DNA of 31,543 nucleotides from NCBI GenBank assembly GCA_024626585.2, contig JANKJI020000001.1:11524736-11556278 (forward strand), read 5' to 3'. The position numbers were made by a program, and so were the translations under genes. Shown here one piece after another: positions 8,101 through 21,949 of this stretch; position 1 is the first letter of the stretch; every line of letters begins with the position of its first letter. The notes under the pieces are model-generated. The model searched no databases. It was not told the DNA's origin and saw only the letters and a program-made list of their open reading frames with translations. Source of the DNA: Ginkgo biloba (lineage: Eukaryota > Plantae > Ginkgophyta).

Positions 8101-10938
8101 NNNNNNNNNNNNNNNNNNNNNNNNNNNNNNNNNNNNNNNNNNNNNNNNNNNNNNNNNNNNNNNNNNNNNNNNNNNNNNNNNNNNNNNNNNNNNNNNNNNN
8201 NNNNNNNNNNNNNNNNNNNNNNNNNNNNNNNNNNNNNNNNNNNNNNNNNNNNNNNNNNNNNNNNNNNNNNNNNNNNNNNNNNNNNNNNNNNNNNNNNNNN
8301 NNNNNNNNNNNNNNNNNNNNNNNNNNNNNNNNNNNNNNNNNNNNNNNNNNNNNNNNNNNNNNNNNNNNNNNNNNNNNNNNNNNNNNNNNNNNNNNNNNNN
8401 NNNNNNNNNNNNNNNNNNNNNNNNNNNNNNNNNNNNNNNNNNNNNNNNNNNNNNNNNNNNNNNNNNNNNAAGTTCATCTTATTATGTCTCCTTTCTCTCT
8501 CTCTCTTTAAGGCATTAGCTTTTAAATATGGTTATTTAATATCAGTAACAAAATTAGGTGAGATATAGACACACGCAAAAGGAAAATGAAAAAACTAATA
8601 TGATTTTAGGTCAAGAAAGTAATAGGAGACAAAATAAAAAAAGAAGATTGAAAATAAGAATAGTATCCCAAAAGAAGTTTAAAAATAAATTAATCAATAT
8701 GCAAAAGTATAATAATTATATTATGATAATGTACGACAAAAAGAGCTGATGTTTCGAAATTGATTGTATGTGGATGAATTTGATCATTTAAGTATGAACA
8801 AATTTGTGTAAATCTATTTGGTAGAGAAAATAAATTTTACGTGAGTTATTGTCTGTTTAAATACTATTCAATTTAATACTATGCATATAAGGGTTGTGAA
8901 GTTATTTAGGGGTTTTATTACTCCTTAACTAAGGATTGCATAATGTAAGCCAAATAGCCATAAAACAATGCAAACACTTCTATGAGGATTTCATGCAAGG
9001 CACAAAATTATCATGAATAGGCTTCTAAAGTTGTCTTACTTATTTGTTGATAGCTTTTTCCTTGCTTCCTTATCATTTTAATGCTCCTAAATGTCGTCTA
9101 ATAAAATCTACATGCAAATTTGATAAATAAAACCTACTAAAGAAATTCCATTCCTAAGTTAATAGGATTAGGATGAATGCTAAATAAACATAAGAAAATG
9201 CCTTGGAAATGGGAAACAAATAAAGCAAGATGCCTTTATGAGCTTGGGGACATAATAAGAGGGCAAATTTGGAGTAACCTTACTAAGCCCAAATGAGTCT
9301 CGTTGACAAGGAGACTCGCTCTTCTTCCCCTTCAAGCTCCTAATATAATAAGACAATGCACAATATAAGAAACTCAAAAACTGGAATGAGGTTTTCACCA
9401 AACCCTGAAGAAAGATATGCTTCTATTAATGTAGAATGGAAATAAAGCTTGAGATGAATGAAAGATTATAATGCCAGTAATATCATTCCTTACTTATGCC
9501 TTCCCTTCCTTTTAAATCCTTAATCACAAAATCATATACATTTAAGATGTATAAAGCTAACTTACCAAAAAGTCTCTTTTAGATTCTTTTCATTACATGC
9601 ACTATATTTAACATTATTCCTTTATATGCATCTAATAAAATAAAAATATGAATAGTGTTGGAAAGGGCCAAACATTTACATAATAGGTTTTTCTTATTTT
9701 TCCTAAATAAAATGTCTGAAAAAGATTGATTGTCTTCCTCAACAATGGTTGTTAAAACCATAGATTTTTCATACCACACTTACAAATACCATGGCATGCA
9801 TACTAAGTTTAATGAAATTACTATCCATTTACCAAACAAAAGTCAAGTGAAACTAATTGACTAGAGGTCACATTGGGAACTAAAAATGCTTGCTTAATGA
9901 ATGTCCTATACTCATAAGTCAAAATCTTTTTTAGCAGCTTTTGCTGCCAAAGAAGTTGTTGATGTGCCATCTTAACCAAGAAGGAGCTAGTACATAGTTC
10001 TATAGAGTTAAGCCTATTGGGGGCTATGACCAAAGGGGATCATTGGAGAGTNNNNNNNNNNNNNNNNNNNNNNNNNNNNNNNNNNNNNNNNNNNNNNNNN
10101 NNNNNNNNNNNNNNNNNNNNNNNNNNNNNNNNNNNNNNNNNNNNNNNNNNNTTGTTTGGTTTGTCTTAAGTTCTTTTTGGATTTACAAACTTAGTGTTGT
10201 ACTATCGGATGTATATTATATTTTCTCTATAGTTAATGTTTTGAATTTTAAATTTTGTATAGTCCTTTGTAGCGAAACTCCTGTAGTTCCCCTGGCAGTA
10301 TTTTTGTAAAAGATTTGAGGACCTTTCAACACCCCTTCTACCTTAATAAAAAAAAAATAACTCTCTAGTTCTTGCTTCTTCTACTTATAGCTTTAAGATT
10401 AAGCTTGTAAAATCAAATTGAAAGTTGAACCTCATATGGGTAGTAATTCTATATACTTCAATTAATTATTTTGTTCTAAAGGATAAACTTTGTAAATTAG
10501 TGTACCGTGATTCCACTTCCAAGCTTTATGTAAGTTCTACATAACAACTTATTTTCTTTCTTTAATAAAGTAATCTCTTACATATGAGTGCAACTTATTT
10601 ATATGATTTGTGCTTGTTTTAATTTACTTGTACCATATGCATGCTAGGATCTTGATCATATTTTGGTATTCGATCCTTAATTTTAGAAATTCTTAAGTAT
10701 GTAATTAAAGAATTGAATGGTTTGGATGCATTCTATGTACTAGGAAGAAAGAGAGCTACTTGTGATGTACCCACTTGGTAGTTGGAAGATTTCCATATGT
10801 TTACAGATGCATGATTGAAAATCTAAGGGGGTAATCTACTTTCTTAAACCTTTGTACTCTCTTTATTTTGGAATAAAGCTCTCTAGTCAAACTGTACAAT
10901 CTATACAACTTTCTATTTATCAAATTCTTGTAATACCG

Positions 10939-11646
10939 TGTTAACATGTGTGATATCAGTCAATATAATAGAAATATGTGCACTTGGAGAACACACTCAC
11001 ACAATACCATGTCTATGTGGTGAACTCTCACGACACGNNNNNNNNNNNNNNNNNNNNNNNNNNNNNNNNNNNNNNNNNNNNNNNNNNNNNNNNNNNNNNN
11101 NNNNNNNNNNNNNNNNNNACCTATCCTATGAACTTGTTAAATCACCTGCAAGATATCCTAGATGATATTCTATACACATATGATGATTTACAATATAAGA
11201 TCCATCCCCATCAAACAAGATTCCAAGATAAATTGAAAGACATAAACCATTTACAAGCTTTCAGACAAATAACCAAATTCCCTTAATTCCAATTGCAAAT
11301 TACAAAGAATACAAGATCAAGAAGAAGGTAGAAGATGCATGAGGAGAAACNNNNNNNNNNNNNNNNNNNNNNNNNNNNNNNNNNNNNNNNNNNNNNNNNN
11401 NNNNNNNNNNNNNNNNNNNNNNNNNNNNNNNNNNNNNNNNNNNNNNNNNNCACAAACACACAATGGCCATAATAAAACATTAAAAACACAATATATAAAG
11501 AGAGGAAAAAAAAAGGAAAAACAATGAATCGATTCTATACTACCCACCTCACCCAAACCGGTTCGCAGTTACTATGCCTCAGTTTATAGGTCCATCTATG
11601 GGGATTAGAGTAACGATTGTGGATTTGTAACAAGCGACCTTCAACA
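10939..11646 (-). mobile_element. Possible LTR (interrupted by gaps)
   Basis: Bounded by TGTT...AACA, with a degenerate antisense tRNA-Met PBS-like stretch (tcttgtaataccg) on the left. No TSD identified. Confidence 0.3.
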
Positions 11647-11751
11647 ATTAGAAAACATCAACGCCAAACATCCATCTCAACCCTCTGCAAGATGCTTCCC
11701 TACCTATTAGCACATATTATTTAAAATATAAGGATAGTATATTAACTCAAA

Positions 11752-11856
11752 AGACACGAAAGGAATGCATAAGGAAGGGGATAATCATACCTCTCATGTC
11801 TGTCCACTCGTACCTAAATTAACTTTGGAGACACGAGAGGAATGCATAAGGAAGGG
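11752..11856 (+). repeat. 28-bp direct repeat pair
   Basis: agacacga(a/g)aggaatgcataaggaaggg at 11752-11779 and 11829-11856. Confidence 0.9.
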
Positions 11857-12159
11857 ACTCTGCTTGTGGTGGCGCCATCCATACTCAACTTAGCCATAAC
11901 AAATCGCAAAAGATGGGCTCCTATAAGTCTGCAACAAATAATGCTATATACATCAACATATATCATATAGAAAATAACTGACATAGAAAAAATTATATCC
12001 ATTTTAAAGAAAAAATGTAAAGATTTGATGTCAGTATATTGCTAGATTCAATCACACCCATAACTTCATATCCACTAACATTGTAAAGAAATTAAACTTG
12101 AAATACCACCAACATATGAACCCCTTAATGGAAGAGGTTACGAATAGAGACCTATATGA

Positions 12160-15100
12160 ATGTGACTCATTCATTCTTAAAGACTTATTCTAAATAGACC
12201 AATACTAAGACCAATATGACTCTAAGATAATTCCCCTAAGTAAACATGATATTGTCCTACGATAAAAAAGGCTATGTGATTGAAACCCTCATATGGACTC
12301 AAAAGAGAATATGATAAGAGTATATATTGAAGGAAAGATATTTGAACTAAAAAGAGAATTGTGGTTCCTAGCATAAGATATTGTCTTAGTTATTCAAGTT
12401 GTCAAGAATGTATGATGAGAAGTTAATGTACAAGCATCCTTATCAGACCATCAGGAGAGATTAGTATTATGAACCAAGTTATGCAAGTATCCATTTCTTA
12501 GCACATATAGAAACATATTTTTGGAGGAATTATCAACTTCACTACTACCTAAACAACAAGTCACCATGCCACCCAGTTAGCTTAGGGTTAAAACTAGTTT
12601 CTCGACTGCCATATTAAACCTCATTCAAACATATAATTGAAATTTCAAAATACTTAGAGGATATTACTAAAAAAAATTACATTTGACCAGGTGGAAATCT
12701 ATTTGGTTGTCTAGTTGTAATTGTAAAAAAGATGGATGGTTCAATGGGGTTATGCATTGACTATAGGGATATTCATAAAATGATAGTTAAGAATATATAC
12801 CCACACCTTTTATTGAATACCTCCTCAATGAACTATAAGAAGAAAAATTATTCCAAAAAAAAAAATCTCTAAAGTGGCTACCATCAAATTAGAATAAAAG
12901 ATAGGGATGAATATAAGACAACATTATGCACTAATTACACCCATTACAAATACCTAGTAATTCCCTTTGGTCTCACTAATGCAATGCACAAATTCATAAA
13001 CCTCATAAATGAATTATTTAGGCCTTATATCAATATATTTATTATATTAAATTTATATAATATCTTAATCTNNNNNNNNNNNNNNNNNNNNNNNNNNNNN
13101 NNNNNNNNNNNNNNNNNNNNNNNNNNNNNNNNNNNNNNNNNNNNNNNNNNNNNNNNNNNNNNNNNNNNNNNCTCTAATTTTTTACTCTATATTGTTTATT
13201 ATTATGATAACACTCGTAAATCCTAAATAGATCTTTCCAAATCATTTTAGATAATATAATTACCATAAAATATAATTTTTCTCAAAAGAATCTCCATGAA
13301 TGTGGTAAAATAATAAATAATCTTAAAATATAAGATCGTGGCCAATCATAATCGTCATAATAAAATAAATATGTAAGAATAATAGATAATATTCTCAAAA
13401 CAATACTAAAAAAACTAAGATTCTAGAGATTCTAGAAGCACCTACTACTTAGAGATATCTAGGGTGGGAGCATCTTCTATCGACAAAGTTCAATTAGAAA
13501 GTACTTACTTCTAAATAGAGATATTTCCTTTTGAGAGGAAAAATTATAAATGCTTATGATGAGATGATAATGAAATGAATAAATATAAGGCCTTGCATAT
13601 AATAAACATACATGAATTAATCTTTAACACTTATAGGTTGACTAAGATATCATTTGGGCTCTAGATTGTACCACAAGGCTAATAACTTAAGTTCCCATCA
13701 AGTTGACCTAAACTAAGATGAATCAAGAGTCCTATGTGCTCCTGGAATTATCTCTATTATAATACTAGTTGTGTCTTAGTGACACAACAACTTATAATAA
13801 TAAATAATCTACATGGGTTTAGAAGCTTCATGGTTTTGGCCAATTATCTAAGAAAGTTTGTTATGGGCTATTCAGAGCCAGGCTTACCCCTTAATGCTCT
13901 AACAAATGGGATGCAAATTTTATTTGGTTAGAGAGAAAATAGANNNNNNNNNNNNNNNNNNNNNATATATTTTGAGAATATTAACTATATAATAAAGAAT
14001 GACCTTATTTTTTCATTACCTAATATCAATACCATTTTAGATTTAAGTTAATGCATTAAGACATAACCAAGTAATAATATTGATCTAGTAGGGAAAATAA
14101 TTTGCCTACCATTCCAATTTTTTTTTAAAAGTTATATAAGGATAATCTACTTGTAATAAGGAAATGTATGCATTAGTACAAGTATTAAAGAATTAAAAAA
14201 ACTATTTTATTATCAAGGATATCATTGTACATTCTTAGCATAGGTCAACTTAGTATTTGGAGACTCATTCCAAGCTATAAAATAACATGCATCACAAATA
14301 GGTCACTTATCAGTTGTAATTGAACATTGTNNNNNNNNNNNNNNNNNNNNNNNNNNNNNNNNNNNNNNNNNNNNNNNNNNNNNNNNNNNAGAATTATTAT
14401 TATATTTTAAGTATTTTGATAAAAAATGATCTATTTGAATTTAATGTCTTTAAAGGTCTTTATAAGGATAATAAAGACATGGCATGTATACATTATATAG
14501 TGCATTAACCAACAATAATGTAAGAGGAGAAAATAAGATATTACATCTTAAATAAAATATTTTGTATAATCTCAATGATTTTTTTTCCCTACAAACTCAT
14601 CTAATTAGAGAAACACACCACTTTAAGGTGGTAGGGCATTTTAGAGTGTAAAGACTCTATTTAATTTATAGATATTATTTTATTAGCCTGTGATAGCCTA
14701 ATATGTTGTAATATTTATCAAGGTACACATGAATTATGTTACATTTATAAGTTTACTAATATAAAGTTAGGAAATATAGGTATTATTCCATCTCATTTAT
14801 GGAATTTAATCTCTAAGGATTTCCCTAGAAGATTNNNNNNNNNNNNNNNNNNNNNNNNNNNNNNNNNNNNNNNTTGACTACTTTTTTATAGTACTAAAAA
14901 GGTTTAGTAAAATTATTGTCCTAATTTCCTATAGAAAGTTTATCATAGGGAAAAAATCAACAAAATAATTCTTTAATCATACTTGGGAACACTTTGGATC
15001 ACCCACTCCCATCATCTCAAATAAGTATAACGTATTTCATATCTACTTTTGGAAAACTTTATGGGCTCATGGATACCATGCTAAGGATGAGATTTTTTTT

Positions 15101-15935
15101 CATCCATAGACTGATGGATTGTTATAAGTTACTAAGAGAATAGTTGTATAAATCTTAAGTATATATAATCATAATCATACTAAGACATAGGATGAAAGTA
15201 TCCCACATATCTAACATAGTTATGATATAACTATTTACAATTTGACTCAATTTTTTACTTTTGAAACTTGTTTAGGATTTTTTTCTAAGGATCCCATTAT
15301 TATAAGTATTAATCTACCATAAACTAGTTCACTCAAATAAAAGGATACCCTATAACAAACAATAAAACTTTTCAAACATATCAATAAGGTATAGACGTTG
15401 TGAAAGAGACATTATTGAAGAATTGATGAAAGTTTAAGGCTAGACATGAGATGCATAGAGTTTATCACTTTCTCTAAGTGGGAGATATAGTATTGATTCA
15501 CCTATCCAAGGATTTATTTTAACCTATAAATGAATATAATTAGGTATTTACCATTTTTCATTTCAAATAAAATAGGAAAAAAATTATTTTAATCTTGATT
15601 TACATCCATACATGGGAATCCACCCAATGTTTAATGTTGATAGGTTGAATCTCTATAAACCCTCTATGCTATATGGAGAGGAAGAAAAATATAAGGTATT
15701 AATATATCCATATAAATATATAATTTCAAATGTTAGTATCCATTGGAATAGTATTCTATTTTATAAAATGTAAAGAGGACAACTAGACAAGGTACCATAA
15801 AGTTATACAATTGGTAGAAAAGGGAAACTATCCCAAGAATGAAAATGGTTCACAGAGGAGTATATGAGAAAGGAATTTTCTAAAATCATTAAGTATATTA
15901 TGTATGACACTATACTTAATGGATTGAGGTATGAT
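12160..15935 (+). mobile_element. Decayed Ty3/gypsy pol (RT-RNaseH-integrase)
   Basis: Frameshifted relics: VKKMDGSMGLCIDYR (~12722), SGYHQIRIK...YKYLVIPFGLTNA (~12873-12983), RSFMVLANYLRKFV (~13821), KEMYALVQVLK (~14158), integrase H...VVGHF (~14615-14642), HP*TDG (15101-15118). Domain order RT-RH-INT indicates gypsy. Confidence 0.88.
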
Positions 15936-17655
15936 ATGGGTTGGATATAAAGTATAAGCATGATTGTCAACTTCAAATTCATAATTTTAAGAAATCTATA
16001 ATCTTATGAAAAGCCATAAAATTAATCTAAGAAGATTGTTGTGTCTAGTTGTCATGACCAATACCAACATTACCAATGTTTTATAAGGGTAAAAGCCATT
16101 AGAAAGGTATATTATGTATATACCAAATCAATATATGGATAATTTTCATTAAGGAGTAAAGCTAGTGGAGAAAATTGTAAGATAATAGAAGATTTTGTAA
16201 AAGTATAATATGTTATAACAAACTCAAACAAACACTCGTATTCAAGAAATTTATCCATCAATATAATACATGATAAATCAAATAAAATTAGTAATTAATA
16301 ATCTACATATAAAAAGGTTTTATAATCCCACATGAATTTGATAAAATATTACCTTTGTAAGATGGATATCAGCCAAAGTTGAATCAAATTTAACTTTATA
16401 TTAGTGTAAGTTATTAAGTTGAGAGGAGTTATAGAAATATAAGAATTCCCAAATGTGAAATAAGTAGTGCACAATGAAGAGTTTCCCTAAATATAAAAAA
16501 CATAATTGAGGTTTTATCTAATCAAAAGGTCTAGCTCATATTATTTAGAATATTTGTATTGTCTACATATTATTTTTATCATTATATATATGGAATTATT
16601 TCCCACATTTAGGAATAATTCATTTCTTAAAATTAGATTCTTTAAATTAGTTACTTGTAACTCCTCTCTTGATTTCTTTTATTCTAACTAGTTCTTCTAA
16701 AAAACTGATGAAGAAGAATATATGAAAGGTCTTCAAAATTAACTACATGTCTCTCTCACGCTCTCTCAAACTTCTTGGTTTGAGAGACCTTTTTGGAGTT
16801 TCTTCCCAAACATTGGCAAACCCATGGTCATAGAATTTCCACTCAAGTTTTGGTTCATATTTCTACATAGAAGGTATCCTTAGATTTCATTACTAATTTT
16901 ATCAACACATAGTGCTTTCAAATGTATGAAATGGTTCTACAAAGTAGTAGGCCTTAGAACTAATAGAGAAAGATGTTTTTCCTTCTCCACTTTCTACCTA
17001 ACTAATCTTCAAATTCAACTATGTACTTTATGTGAATTTAATGTACATTACCAAGGATTTTTTTGTGCATATTATGCTGTGTTTATTCATTTATGTAATC
17101 TTATTATAGATTTTTAATGGTAGCATGGATAAATATTTCTTTACAATGTGTGTGTACTCCTATAAGTGTATTTCCTAATCTATCTTTTCGCTCTTATCCA
17201 ACATAGAAGATTAGGTCTCTATCTCACAACATAAGGTTTCATCATATGGATTAAGTTCACTCTCTTCTTCTTAAATGCTTTTATTATATTATGTAGTGGC
17301 ATACATGCCTACTCACTAATTAGTAGATGATTAATATTGATGTGAAGTGTTTAAACATAATAAATAATTNNNNNNNNNNNNNNNNNNNNNNNNNNNNNNN
17401 NNNNNNNNNNNNNNNNNNNNNNNNNNNTTCATAAAGAGTAATTTTACGTTTACTCTTTCAAACATTTGTTACATAGAAGATGAATTTTTTATATCTCTAT
17501 GCACTCCTCTAGTTCTCACTACTTGTCAATAGAATTTTTTCCTCCTATACTTCTTGAAATATTTTCTATATATTTAGTTTTTTCATGCAAATGCATCGAT
17601 TAAGCCAAGTTTATATGTGTCTTTAAAAACATTAAATTTCTACATAAAATTGTGT

Positions 17656-17787
17656 CACTCATACTAAATCAATGTACATTTATGCATTATGCATTAAAGT
17701 ATATCATTCATACTAAATCAATGCACTTTTATACATTGTGAATAAAAGAATCCCACTTACACTAACTCAGTGCACTTTTATGTATAG
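17656..17787 (+). repeat. 49-bp minisatellite, ~2.7 copies
   Basis: cactcatactaaatcaatgtacatttatgc (17656), cattcatactaaatcaatgcacttttatac (17705), cacttacactaactcagtgcacttttatgt (17754). Confidence 0.85.
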
Positions 17788-18899
17788 ATTGTTATACTGA
17801 TTCAGTTTCATTGGTATAACTTGGAATACATTTTTTATTTTTTATTTTTAAATGCCAAAAACATTTATATTTTTTAACATAAAAAGTGTATTTTTATCTG
17901 CATATTGTTAATTTTTTATGAACTACTCATAGTTCTAGTTTTCTACACCATTGGAAATAAAAATTTAAAAAATATGATTTCTTNNNNNNNNNNNNNNNNN
18001 NNNNNNNNNNNNNNNNNNNNNNNNNNNNNNNNNNNNNNNNNNNNTATCTCCTATCAAATAGATTTTTTATTATTATTTTGTTTGTCTTTCCTACTAATTA
18101 ATTAAAAAAATATAGAAGAAAAAAAAAATATTTTTATATTCATGTTGTAAATTCAATTTTTTCCTAACATTTTAAAAAAATTATAGTACTACCCAATAAA
18201 ACTCACTTCTTCACAAACAATACACCTAAGCCTTAAACAACTAATATAGAATTTGTAATTAAAAGGAACTAGCACAAGAGGGGATACACTAACAACATAG
18301 GTTAACATGGCATGCAAAGAGTATATACTTTTCCCATTAACCAAAACTAATGGGAGCATAGAGTTAGCTTAGGATAATTAGGCCCTAGGTAGGAAGTCCT
18401 TGGTATGATTTGGCAATTAGGAGACCCCTTAAGCAAGGCCCAAGGCCTCTTAAGAGAAACCTAACATATACGAATTAGATTCACCCAATTTTTAAAGCCT
18501 TCAAAGGTGACTTAGACTTATATATGAGTCCTCATAATCAAATGTAAAACTTGATTTAGCCTACTAACTTAGTTTTCACCACCAAGTTGGGTTATTTTAT
18601 TCCACATGGGCTACTTGGATTTCATCAGAAGATTTCCCATGTCCCAAATCTTATTCATTATATCTAACTGAAGGTCATAACCATTATTTATCATTAGATA
18701 CTTAAGAGACTTTAGGATTCCCAAGGCATATATAATCCATCACTAGGCCTTGAATTACATTTTAATTAAATGGAAAAAAATAAAATTAGACTTTAAACCT
18801 ATACACTAGCCTTTATCTATTCTAGTCATGTGTACTTATAATAGGGTAATTCTTATTTTCATCATCCACTTAGCTTCCATCAACCTTCCATCTCACCAT

Positions 18900-19900
18900 A
18901 TGACTCTTAGCTACCATCAACTAGTTGTATAACTATATAATAAAAAAAGCTTAAACCTCTGACTATTATGCTATGATATCCTTAGACACCCATTATCTAA
19001 TTCATAAGACCATCCTTGTTCTCATAGTCCATTTGGATACCATTGGCTACAATTTTTTCACATCACTTTTAACTCATGCTTAGGACATAGCTATAGATTG
19101 CCACTACTAATCCACATTGTCCCNNNNNNNNNNNNNNNNNNNNNNNNNNNNNNNNNNNNNNNNNNNNNNNNNNNNNNNNNNNNNNNNNNNNNNNNNNNNN
19201 NNACCAACAAGTAGATTATCAAGTCAAAATTGGCTTGATTTACATTCCTTACCACTTGAAAATAATGCAGTTGTCCCTATACTTATTTGACCCCCAAATA
19301 ATTATTACATAATTAAATAACCTACAAAACATTTAGCCCACACTCATGAAGTCTTATTAGACATTCCCTCCTTCTCATATGTTATTTTTAGTAATTTGCA
19401 TTTCAACATATACTTCTTAATCCCAATAATTCTACTAATGAGTTGGTTCCTAATGTTTTATAACATGGTACCATNNNNNNNNNNNNNNNNNNNNNNNNNN
19501 NNNNNNNNNNNNNNNNNNNNNNNNNNNNNNNNNNNNNNNNNNNNNNNNNNNNNNNNNNNNNNNNNNNNNNNNNNATATAATATGGCATGGAAACCTTATC
19601 AAAATATTATGTTTATTTACCATGATCAAATGGTATGGTATTAATCACATAGTATGCCAAATTTTAAAAATAACATAGAGATCCAACAAAATAAATGGCT
19701 TTGACAGATCACCAACTAAGAGTGAGTTCAATAGGTTTATAGTGTAGTGTAATATACTTAAAAAATTACCAAAGGATATAAATTAGTAAATAGGTCCAAC
19801 ATTACATGGATACCATAAAATTTCCAATCAAGTCTAGCTCATCCTCCACATCAACTCATATACCATGTGGAAAATATTTGCATCCTCCATCTTTAGCTAA
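18900..19900 (-). mobile_element. Possible highly decayed L1-type LINE ORF1 relic
   Basis: Minus-strand fragments LIGNF (~19830), NFDL (~19230) and QMDYEN (~19035) occur in the order expected for plant L1 ORF1; weak. Confidence 0.25.
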
Positions 19901-21949
19901 GAAGTTGAAACACATAGTTCTATAACTATAGTGATTCTTATAGTTATAAATATTATAAAAGTTCACTATATTTCATAAGTGAGGTTTCCTTTTAGTTACC
20001 AGTAAAATACCCAATGCAATACAAGTCTAATATGATTCCCCAGTTCTTCCTTCTTCTACTTCTAGATCTAATCTTAAGCTTATATTCTACAAATTGTAAG
20101 TTGAAACTATGCAAGGAAATAATTCTATGAACTCTGATAAACTATCGTATTATGATGGATATTAATAATTTTAAATTAATGTACCTTAATCACTCTTCTA
20201 ATCTTGATGTAATATCTATAGAGCATCTCATTTTCTTTATTTAATTTAAAAACAATATTTTACATATGACCACAATTTTTTTTATTTACCTTTTTTGTAT
20301 TTGTATATCTATATTGAAAATGCAACATGTTTATTGTTATTATGTGAATTTGGTTCCTTATATCACATATTTCACACATGTTATAGTTAATTTGATACAT
20401 CATCAATGCCACAATCATAACCTATTATGTTATATTACTCCATTTCACTACCTATATTGTATTAACATGCCTCAGTGCTACATTAATCTCATTCATTTAC
20501 AATATTCTCCCTAATATGGCCCTCTTATTCTCATGAGTATTATATCATATGGCCATTTATATGATCATTTATCTTTCCAAATGGTCCTTCTTCATACTAT
20601 AGACTATGGACTTAATCACATGAATGTTGTTTGATTAGTATATTTGTACTTCCTTATATTTTACATAGATTTATGAGTTTCTCTTGTGACACAATTGGAC
20701 AATAAAGAACCATACACATCATTATATACATCAANNNNNNNNNNNNNNNNNAAATATGATCTTATGAATTGGAGGTGATTATTTTGGCTAAAGTAATACA
20801 CCATGTGGAACATCATAACTTTTCACTACGATTGAGATCAAGAGGCTTATTTTGTCATATAAATATCCCCTATTTATAAGGTAAAAATGAGGGAATATAT
20901 TAATAGAGATTGAAGACTTGGATATATAATTAGTCTTGTATGTCATAAAGCATAATCATGGATTTATACTTTGGCATTCGAAAGTCATTCAAACCATTTA
21001 TTTTGGCATATCTACTTTCACAACGAAGAATGAGAGGAGGATGAGAGAATGATTTCTACCCATTCAATTCTAAGATCCTCATTTGGAATGACCACTTATA
21101 TTTTATTTCCACCTTATATCCATTACTAAAATAATTTATTCATTGTCAAACACTTGGTGGATATTATCATTATTATCTTTTATTATTAAAGTTGAGGATT
21201 TTTGCATGCACTCATATATTTTCCTTTGGAACATATTTTTCCTTGTCTTTATTTTCATTTAGTATTACATGTATCATTATCATTCAAGGGAAATCATCTC
21301 ATACCATCAAGGGAGTAAGAAAATCAAAGAAAGAACATCACTCTTATATAAAGACCTCTTCCCCAACACTCGTTCATATTTTCTATGTTATAAATAGTTA
21401 TTATATTATCCTATGTTCATTATCATTAGAGGTAACTATATATAACATAATTAGTGACTGTACTAGGTTTTTTCTAAGTAATGTTGCTACAATCCTCTAT
21501 GTATTATTTGTGTGTAGTTTTTTTATTGTAGATTTTTCACTTTATTTCATTTTCCACCATGCCATGGGTTTCATAGTGATATGACACCCTTTTCCCATAT
21601 AATTCTCCTTTTCAGTACTATAATGTAGCTCCTTTTATAAACTATGATATGATACCTTTTTTTTACTATGATTCCNNNNNNNNNNNNNNNNNNNNNNNNN
21701 NNNNNNNNNNNNNNNNNNNNNNNNNNNNNNNNNNNNNNNNNNNNNNNNNNNNNNNNNNNNNNNNNNNNNNNNNNNTACACAAGTAAGATAATTTTGTGCT
21801 CCTCTAAAGATTCCTAGGCCTAACCATCAATCCAACCACATGAACTGCAAAGAGATATACCTTGTAACCATAAGAAGAATCCCAATGCATATTATATTTT
21901 TTACTTCATATAGGAGTTGGAAGTAGTTCCTTCTATAATTTATCTTTTG

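Noticed and set aside
7507-8568. Long ORFs of 200-350 aa here and at 22970-23671
   Set aside because: Artefacts of N-gaps translated as X.
9295-9317. Hairpin GAGTCTC...GAGACTC overlapping a possible LINE RT motif (R*QGDSL)
   Set aside because: The stem is short enough to arise by chance, and the LINE similarity is too weak to support without a search.
11752-11856. CRISPR-like repeat-spacer-repeat
   Set aside because: Only two copies, eukaryotic context, and no cas genes.
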